Positions 57,370 to 64,000 of a stretch of DNA of 64,000 bases are shown here, piece by piece (within the stretch, counting starts at the first letter, position 1; every line of letters begins with the position of its first letter). The notes under the pieces were generated by a model that was given only the letters and a program-made list of their open reading frames with translations, did not search any database and was not told the DNA's origin. A program made the position numbers and the translations under genes. Source of the stretch: Thermoproteota archaeon (GTDB lineage Archaea; Korarchaeota; Korarchaeia; Korarchaeales; Korarchaeaceae); assembly GCA_030130125.1 (NCBI GenBank), contig JARZZM010000001.1, positions 6,004 to 70,003 on the forward strand, in the 5' to 3' direction.

Positions 57370-58459
57370 AAACTTCCTCCTCTATTTTCAGCTCCTCTCC
57401 CACGTCCCACTCGCTAGATTTGGAGAGCTCTAAGGCTGGTGTCTCTACCGGACCCTCCGGTATGGCGCCCTGTGGCCTGAACATCAGGACGAAGATTATT
57501 ATCAGCCCTATTATGATATATTTCATGTAGGTCACGTCGAACTCAACCCTTATTCCCAAGAGGCTCAGGAAAGACGGCGAGATGAACTGGTCCAAGGCGG
57601 TCATTATCAGGGTTCCCACGATCACTCCCTTGTTGTTGGCCATGCCACCCAGTATCACCATGGTGAGGACCAAGAAGGTTATCAGAGGCTGGAAGTCGTC
57701 AGCAACTACTCCCTGTATGTAGAAGGTCCTGAGGACACCAGCTATTGCTGCTAGGGCGCTTCCTATGATCATCACCTCTCCCCTCACCCTAGGTACCACC
57801 TTGCCTAGAGCCATCGCTGCAAGGTCATCGTCCCTCACCGATTTGAGCAGCCTTCCGAACGGGGATTTGGCCAATCTCTGCACATACACGTACGCCAAGA
57901 CTGCGAAGGCTACCACGACCACCGTGTAAGCGAGGCTCCTCATGTGCACGTCCTTTATGAATGAGAGAGGATTAGCTATCCCGGTGAGGCCGGTAAGGGC
58001 GCAAACGATCCCCTCCTCGTTTCTGGCTATGATCCTCCCCATGTCTCCTATGAATATGAGGGTTATCGCTAGGAAATCCTCCTTCAGCCTCAGCGCGGGA
58101 TAGGATGCGGCATATCCGAACAGACCTCCCACGAAAGCTCCCAGCACGAGAGAGGCCACAAAGAGACCTATGGCTTCGGCTGGATGAGAGCTCAGGTACT
58201 CAGTCCTCAGCACGGATGCTTGCCCTGAACAGTATCCTGCTTTAATCCCGGCTATGTAATCCACCACCCTAGCCGTGAGGACGCCAGCCATGTAGGCTCC
58301 AACCGATATGAAGAATACGTGGCCAAAATTGGGTATCCCGCCGTAGCCGTACTCCATGTTCAGGCTTAGCGCAGCTATAAGGTAGATGGCGAACAGCACA
58401 ACGAAGGATGTGAAGATGGGTACGTACGACAATAGGAACTCTATCTGCACATCATTCAC
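57359..58459 (-). CDS. livM: Branched-chain amino acid ABC permease
   Basis: GIPNFGH, LRLKEDFLAI, SPFGRLLKSVRDD, GGMAN. Confidence 0.88.
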   Translation of the reverse strand: MNDVQIEFLLSYVPIFTSFVVLFAIYLIAALSLNMEYGYGGIPNFGHVFFISVGAYMAGVLTARVVDYIAGIKAGYCSGQASVLRTEYLSSHPAEAIGLFVASLVLGAFVGGLFGYAASYPALRLKEDFLAITLIFIGDMGRIIARNEEGIVCALTGLTGIANPLSFIKDVHMRSLAYTVVVVAFAVLAYVYVQRLAKSPFGRLLKSVRDDDLAAMALGKVVPRVRGEVMIIGSALAAIAGVLRTFYIQGVVADDFQPLITFLVLTMVILGGMANNKGVIVGTLIMTALDQFISPSFLSLLGIRVEFDVTYMKYIIIGLIIIFVLMFRPQGAIPEGPVETPALELSKSSEWDVGEELKIEEEVSKK

Positions 58460-59381
58460 CTCCCTTGCTCATCTTCTCCTTTATCCACCCGATCACATCG
58501 ATACCGGCGAAGCCCGTCGGCTTGAGCAGCAGGACTATGACGAGTATTACGAAGGATATCAACGGCCTGTAGGCCGTGCTCACGTGGAAGTACGTGTTCA
58601 TGAAGGTGATGCCGAAGTTCTCAGCGAAACCGACTATCAGACCTCCAGCTATAGTCCCCCAGAAGCTGACCAGCCCTCCAAGTATGGAAGCCGCGAATAT
58701 CCTCAGCAAGGCGTACCATCCTATTTCGGGGGTTATCACGGAGTAGGCTGACCAGAGTCCGCCAGCTATACCGGTTATCCCACCCGCGATGAACCACATG
58801 AGCCTCCTGAGCGTGTATATCTTAACTCCAGAGACCCTAGCAAGGTCCTCATTGTCGGCCATGGCCCTCAGAGCCTTCCCTGGCTTGGTGTAGTGGAACA
58901 TAAGGTGCAGGAGCACGACGCTCGCTATGGTGATGGGGAACACCCATAGGTGTATGGTTGTTATGCCCGCTCTACCGAACCTCCCTATCAGCTGGACATT
59001 CGCCTTCGCTTGTACGGTAATCACCGCATTGAGATCCGCGTAAATGAATAGGATGTACCTGACCAGCAGACCTATGCCAATACTGGCGACTAAGAGGAAG
59101 AGCGGCCTCGATCCCCTCTTGATCATGGGCTTGAAGACTCCCTCGTCCATCGCGACCGCAAGCAAGGCGGAGGCGAAGAAGGCAGCTATCAAGGACTCTC
59201 CCAGTCCGTATCCCATCCAGTTCACGAGCAGGGCCGTGACGTATCCTCCGATAGTGACCAGCTCGGCGTGAGCGAAATTCGCTATCTTCGTGACCGAGAA
59301 GGACATGGTGAGGCCCAAGGCCATGAGGGTGTACAAGCTCCCTAGGGTCAGGGAGTTCATCAACGGAACCGACAGATCCAT
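58452..59381 (-). CDS. livH: Branched-chain amino acid ABC permease
   Basis: ALGLTM, NFAHAE, GKALRAMADN..LA..SG. Confidence 0.88.
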   Translation of the reverse strand: MDLSVPLMNSLTLGSLYTLMALGLTMSFSVTKIANFAHAELVTIGGYVTALLVNWMGYGLGESLIAAFFASALLAVAMDEGVFKPMIKRGSRPLFLLVASIGIGLLVRYILFIYADLNAVITVQAKANVQLIGRFGRAGITTIHLWVFPITIASVVLLHLMFHYTKPGKALRAMADNEDLARVSGVKIYTLRRLMWFIAGGITGIAGGLWSAYSVITPEIGWYALLRIFAASILGGLVSFWGTIAGGLIVGFAENFGITFMNTYFHVSTAYRPLISFVILVIVLLLKPTGFAGIDVIGWIKEKMSKGGE

Positions 59382-59396
59382 AACGTCACCTCCTAA

Positions 59397-60122
59397 TCAC
59401 TTCTTACCCAAAAATGCCTCAACGAACTTCTCGTCCGCTAGAAGATCCTTTCCTGGGCCCTTCATCACTATCCTACCACTGGAGAACACGTAGCCCATGT
59501 CGCAGAAGCTCAACGCCCTCTTCGCGTGCTGCTCGACCAAGATGACCGTGACACCCGTATCGACTATGTCCCTTATCTTCATGAAGATCTGAGTGACCAC
59601 CTTGGGAGCTAGAGCTGCAGCTGGCTCATCCAAGAGGAGTAAGGTAGGCCTGCCCATCAGGGCCATCGCCATGGCAAGCATCTGCCTCTCTCCACCGCTC
59701 AGGGAGCCAGCTTTCTGCTTCTGCCTCTCCCTGAGAATGGGGAATATGTCGAGGATCTCCTCCATATCTTTTCTTATCTCCTCCTTGTCCTTCCTAGCAT
59801 AGGCGCCCATTTCCAAGTTCTCCCTGACTGTCAGGTTGGGAAATACGTTATTCACCTGAAACACGAATCCCAGACCTTTTCTAGCCCTCACCTCAGGCGG
59901 GAGCTTCGTGATTTCCTCTCCATTGAATATCACACTTCCGTTGAACACCCTAGTCAGGCCGAAGAGTGTTTTGAGGAAGGTAGATTTCCCAGACCCGTTT
60001 GGTCCAACTATGGCCGTGATCTTACCCTTCTCGGCTTTGAAGTCTACGTCTTGAATAATTACGGCCTTCCCATAACCAGCAGTTAGATTCCGGGTCTCCA
60101 CAATGTACTCAACCATTTTCAC
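59397..60122 (-). CDS. livF: Branched-chain amino acid ABC ATPase
   Basis: GPNGSGKST, AGSLSGGERQMLA, LLDEP, VEQH. Confidence 0.9.
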   Translation of the reverse strand: MKMVEYIVETRNLTAGYGKAVIIQDVDFKAEKGKITAIVGPNGSGKSTFLKTLFGLTRVFNGSVIFNGEEITKLPPEVRARKGLGFVFQVNNVFPNLTVRENLEMGAYARKDKEEIRKDMEEILDIFPILRERQKQKAGSLSGGERQMLAMAMALMGRPTLLLLDEPAAALAPKVVTQIFMKIRDIVDTGVTVILVEQHAKRALSFCDMGYVFSSGRIVMKGPGKDLLADEKFVEAFLGKK

Positions 60123-60877
60123 TCACCTAGATAGGCGTCTATCACCCTAGGGTCTTTGTAAACGCCGTCAGGATCCCCGTCGTATATTAGCTCTCCGTAA
60201 TTCATCACTAGAACCCTCTCCACATAATCGAACAGAATATCTAGCCTGTGCTCTATTATCAGGAATGTCAACCCATACTCGTCCCTTATCCTGACTATGT
60301 GGCTGAAGATCTCCCTAGCCAGCTTGGGAGCTACACCGGCCGCGGGCTCATCCAATAGGAGAACCCTAGGCTCGGACATCATGGACCTAGTGATCTCAAC
60401 GAGCTTCATCTGTCCGCCACTCAGCTCTGTGGCCCAGTTGTTCCTCACCCTAGAGAGACCAAACTCCCTTATCGTCTCCAAGGATTTCCTAGCGTAATCC
60501 AATTCTTGCTCCCTCCATAGGTGGTGGAAGGGAGCGATAATCGGGTTCTCACCCCTTTGATTCCTGTGGGCCACCATTACATTTTCAACGACGAGCATCT
60601 TCTCAAATAGCCTCGGCACCTGAAAGCTTCTGACCACTCCCTTATGGTAGATGTCCCATGGATCCAGCCCTGTTATGTCCTCTCCCCTGAAGAAGACCTT
60701 CCCCCTGTTAGGCTTGTAGACGCCCGATATCACGTTGATAAGCGTGGTCTTCCCGGACCCATTAGGTCCAATCAGACCAACTATCTGACCCTCATTCAAG
60801 TCAAAAGTGACGCCGTCAACGGCTCTAATACCACCAAAATACTTAGCAACATCTCTAACCTGTAGGATAGCAGTCAT
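60119..60877 (-). CDS. livG: Branched-chain amino acid ABC ATPase
   Basis: GPNGSGKTT, LSGGQMKLVEI, LLDEPAAG, IEH, YLG. Confidence 0.9.
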   Translation of the reverse strand: MTAILQVRDVAKYFGGIRAVDGVTFDLNEGQIVGLIGPNGSGKTTLINVISGVYKPNRGKVFFRGEDITGLDPWDIYHKGVVRSFQVPRLFEKMLVVENVMVAHRNQRGENPIIAPFHHLWREQELDYARKSLETIREFGLSRVRNNWATELSGGQMKLVEITRSMMSEPRVLLLDEPAAGVAPKLAREIFSHIVRIRDEYGLTFLIIEHRLDILFDYVERVLVMNYGELIYDGDPDGVYKDPRVIDAYLGE

Positions 60878-60886
60878 ATTATCACC

Positions 60887-60909
60887 AAAAAGGGAGGAGG
60901 GGAGAAGGT
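60887..60909 (-). terminator. C/T-rich tract after livK; putative internal terminator
   Basis: Minus strand reads ACCTTCTCCCCTCCTCCCTTTTT right after the stop. Confidence 0.5.
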
Positions 60910-62247
60910 TCAGGGCTGTTCGTAGAAGGTCGTGGCCTTGGTAGTTCCATCGTACTTACCTATGGTCTTGAAGGTCCACTGACCATCCACGACCCTTGGG
61001 GCCACTATGTCGTATATAGGCACTGCAGCGTCACCGTACTCGTCGAGCAGCTTCCATCCGGTCACTCCGTAGAAGTGTTTGCTTATGTAAGGCACCAGTT
61101 TCTGGAAGACCCTGCCGTCGTACTTGTGGGCCACTAGTACGGTTAAGCCAGCGACCCAGGCGGCATCATAAGCATAGAACGCATAGGTGCTGGCCTCAGG
61201 AGACTCACCGAACCTCTTGGTGTACTTCTCTATGAACTCCTTCACTAACGGGTTTTCCTTGGATCCCACTGCCGGAGTAGTGGCCATGAAGTGCACGCTC
61301 TGCAGGAACTTGGCTATGTCCTCCTTGGCCTTGGGAGGCAGGAAGGTGGCCCTCTTCATGGAGTCAGGTCCGAACCACCTGACCTTGCTGAGCGTCGGGT
61401 CGAGCCTAGCAGCCTCGAGGATCTTTATTCCGTCATCGTCGAAGGCTATTATGACGACGCCAGTCTCAGCATCGGCTCCGAAGTCAGCCACGGCTGCGCT
61501 AGCCCTCTCCACATCAGCAGAGAGGTCAGGCTGGGTGTGGTCATATATTATCTTAACGACTTGACCACCCAGTTTCTTGAAGTTCTCCTCTATCAAATCG
61601 GCGAGGCCCTTGCCGTAATCGTCGCTCCTAGCCATTATGACCAGCTTCTTGATTCCCTGGTCCCATATTATTTTGGCCAGAGCGGGACCTTGGTACTTGT
61701 CAGGGGACGGCATCCTGAAGCAGTAATCGTTCTTCACCATGGCAGCAGTTCCGGTGCTGCTTGGGCTTATGGCGGTCATGTGGTGGGACTTGGCGTAGTC
61801 GAGAATGGCCTTGCACTCGCTGGTGGCGAGAGGACCGACGACCATCTGCACGCCAGCGGATGCAAGCTTCTCATAGGCGGCTATAGCACCCTCGGCGGAG
61901 GTCTTGGTGTCCTCGTGGATGTACTTGAGTCTGACAGGGGATCCAGCCTCCTCCAGCATGGCGTTTATCTCCTCTATGGCTAGGATTGCCGCGTTTCTCC
62001 TCCTAGGACCGTCCACCGCGTAACCTCCGGTGACAGCGATGGCCAATCCGATCACATATTCCTTCTGCTCAGGCGCTGCAGCAGTTCCCGTCACGGTGAC
62101 TGTCTTGGTGATAGTCTGGGCGCCGGCACCGCCCACGGTGACGGTGGTGGTGGAGACGCTCACCTTACCAGGGGCGGCCACGTAGCCCAACAGGATTCCT
62201 ATGATGAAGAGGGCAATAGAAATTACTCCCCACGCTTTCGAACTCAT
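60910..62247 (-). CDS. livK: Branched-chain amino acid ABC substrate-binding protein
   Basis: DTKT, VVGPLAT, ISPSST, FRMPSPD..QG, YAYDA; TM anchor plus Thr-rich linker. Confidence 0.85.
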   Translation of the reverse strand: MSSKAWGVISIALFIIGILLGYVAAPGKVSVSTTTVTVGGAGAQTITKTVTVTGTAAAPEQKEYVIGLAIAVTGGYAVDGPRRRNAAILAIEEINAMLEEAGSPVRLKYIHEDTKTSAEGAIAAYEKLASAGVQMVVGPLATSECKAILDYAKSHHMTAISPSSTGTAAMVKNDYCFRMPSPDKYQGPALAKIIWDQGIKKLVIMARSDDYGKGLADLIEENFKKLGGQVVKIIYDHTQPDLSADVERASAAVADFGADAETGVVIIAFDDDGIKILEAARLDPTLSKVRWFGPDSMKRATFLPPKAKEDIAKFLQSVHFMATTPAVGSKENPLVKEFIEKYTKRFGESPEASTYAFYAYDAAWVAGLTVLVAHKYDGRVFQKLVPYISKHFYGVTGWKLLDEYGDAAVPIYDIVAPRVVDGQWTFKTIGKYDGTTKATTFYEQP

Positions 62248-62664
62248 TTACTCACCCCTTACAGGGCTTCTTAGGGAGCCTAGCGGTATCCCCCATTCTG
62301 ATACTCTTAAAATTTACGGTAAAAGTATGAATGAGGCCATAAGCAGGCTCCTCCTATAAACGGATTAAAATAAATTGAAGAGACCCCCCCATTCAAAAAT
62401 TACGTTTACATCTTCATCAGCGACTTGGAGACGACGTCATTAAGTCCCAGAACGGCTGTTTCCATGGTAGGACCTTCAGGGTACTGTAATACCCTAATTC
62501 CCTTCAGAACTAATGTTAATTGTCTCGTATACATACGCCAAGGCGAAATTGGAAGGGGCTCCAATTTACGACATGTTGACGATGCTTTAGGGGGTCTGGG
62601 AGAGTCCCTCTCCCTTAGGTAAAAATAGTTTCATTACTCGCTTGTATTATTTTTACACAAAGGA

Positions 62665-63567
62665 TCAGGGAGTCTCCGCTTGATTAGTGTGAGATTTAAG
62701 CCTTTTGTAACCGATCCAAGCCAAGGACGCGACTAGTAAGGGTATCGCTAGGAAAGCGGTCCCGACTACCAAGATATATATGGAGCCCATCAGGGCCCTG
62801 CCCGCATCCTCGATTACCTTATCCCAGAAGCTCTTTTCCTTCGTACCAGCCCCTCTCTTCTGGAGATCCACGTTAACGGTGGCGTAGTCCACCCTCTTAC
62901 TCATGCTCTCTCTCATCGCCTCCAGCCTCTCTATTCTCTCCCTGACAGCTGAGAGGCGATCCTCTATCTCGAGTATATCCCTCACATTCTCCGCCCTGTT
63001 CAAAAGATCCAGTAACCTCTGCTCCTCCGACCTAGCGTTCCTCAACCTAGCCTCCAGGTCAACGATAGCATCCGTCAGATCTACTGTGTTTATCTCCTCC
63101 AGTTTCACCTCACCCAAGGACCTCAACTGAGGGATCGCAGCGTTTAAGTTGCTCTTAGGTACCTTGATGGTGAGATACCCCCTGTCCTTAGTCACACTGG
63201 AGTGCTTAACGTAACCACCAAGCGAGTAGGCCAATTGTGCCACCTTATTTGCCGCATTCCTCACATCCTCTACTTCTAAAACCATGGAAACCGTGATAGA
63301 GATCTCTCTACCGACCTCAAAAGTTCCTGGGATGAAATCGGTCCCAGCAGAGGACTTGTCGTACTCCCCAGCGATAGCAGTCGTTCTGACTGTCTCTGGC
63401 TGGGGAGTCACGGAACCATAGCCACCTTTCCCTTCTAACATTTCTCTGGTCCTTACTCTTGGGAATTCCCTCTCTGTTTCCGGATAGTAGATATATCCCG
63501 CCACGATCAGCGTGAGAAAGGTTAACACCGCCACCAAATACCTCTTATTCATGTAGCCCCCAAACAT
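62665..63567 (-). CDS. DUF4349 domain protein (start at 63567 or 63552)
   Basis: GGYV..S, L.VP, DLT..IVDLEARL, DILEIE..LS.VR..IE, VDYATV.V.L; N- and C-terminal TM. Confidence 0.82.
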   Translation of the reverse strand: MFGGYMNKRYLVAVLTFLTLIVAGYIYYPETEREFPRVRTREMLEGKGGYGSVTPQPETVRTTAIAGEYDKSSAGTDFIPGTFEVGREISITVSMVLEVEDVRNAANKVAQLAYSLGGYVKHSSVTKDRGYLTIKVPKSNLNAAIPQLRSLGEVKLEEINTVDLTDAIVDLEARLRNARSEEQRLLDLLNRAENVRDILEIEDRLSAVRERIERLEAMRESMSKRVDYATVNVDLQKRGAGTKEKSFWDKVIEDAGRALMGSIYILVVGTAFLAIPLLVASLAWIGYKRLKSHTNQAETP

Positions 63568-63625
63568 AGGCAACTCATCCAACCTAAAAAAGGAGGGGGA
63601 AAGGTTCGATGAGGATTGAACCATT

Positions 63626-64000
63626 CTATTCCAGTATATTTGGATGGAACAAGAGGTGATCGGCCGCAACGGTCAGGACCCTCCCCCCGTACTCCTTCAA
63701 CACCTCCTTAGCTACCTTGTAGTGAGCACCTGTTGACATTCCTCCGAGCACCCCCCTCTCCACTAACCTCCTCGCCCATAAGATAGCCTCATCAGGACTG
63801 ACAGCCCTCACTTCATCCACTATAGACAGGTCTAGGTTCTCGGGTATGTGGAAGGAGTCGTAACCATCGATCTCACCTCTAAACTCCCCCTCTATCCCGA
63901 ACTTCTTGGCGATCTCCGAACCTACCGGCGTAACTGCAATTATTCTGGTATCATACTCCTCCTTGAGTATACGGCCGACGCCCGTGATCGTCCCACCAGT
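63626..64000 (-). CDS. cysK: Cysteine synthase-family PLP enzyme, 5' part outside the window
   Basis: Hand translation TGGTITGVGRILKEE...V.P.GS...VDEVRAVSPDEA..WARRL...G...G.STGA. Confidence 0.75.
   Translation of the reverse strand, partial: TGGTITGVGRILKEEYDTRIIAVTPVGSEIAKKFGIEGEFRGEIDGYDSFHIPENLDLSIVDEVRAVSPDEAILWARRLVERGVLGGMSTGAHYKVAKEVLKEYGGRVLTVAADHLLFHPNILE

Noticed and set aside
61291-61983. 230-aa plus-strand ORF
   Set aside because: Antisense to livK, no recognisable features
1-64000. rRNA, tRNA, CRISPR array, integrase or transposase
   Set aside because: None recognised by eye; intergenic gaps are short and lack cloverleaf or direct-repeat patterns. A tRNAscan/Infernal run would be needed to exclude short RNAs such as C/D box sRNAs

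Overview
Gene-dense archaeal chromosome segment from a probably hyperthermophilic, peptide-fermenting TACK/Thermoproteota-type organism. Support for this: rpl13e, Sulfolobus-type argX, XPB-Bax1, tungsten AOR and several VapBC and HEPN-MNT pairs; a Korarchaeia-like origin is only a guess. In order: partial acdA; a decayed surface-protein gene; DUF4332; xpb-bax1; a LysW-carrier lysine/ornithine cluster (argX-lysY-lysZ-lysW-lysX-lysJ-lysK, lysW missing from the ORF track); a DUF234 ATPase; a radical SAM gene; vapB with a vapC pseudogene; rpl13e; TrmB; pncA; a CstA / paired small-protein / paired ArsA-type ATPase locus; mqnP/mqnL-like ubiA-ubiD; a NitT/TauT ABC transporter; a phosphomutase; AOR; two complete Dpp/Opp ABC operons; nfeD-stomatin; a class III aminotransferase; phoU; lysA; a dipeptide epimerase; two more radical SAM genes (AmmeMemoRadiSam and a long KamA); a Liv ABC operon; DUF4349; partial cysK. 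I found no rRNA, tRNA, CRISPR array or transposase. Best candidates for undescribed biology: (1) the CstA module, with an asymmetric active/degenerate ArsA-Get3-like ATPase pair, two paralogous small proteins and a nearby CCDC47-like membrane protein; (2) a possible D-/beta-amino-acid and peptide salvage island; (3) a shared N-terminal anchor module on binding proteins of unrelated folds. All family assignments come from recalled motifs, not database searches.
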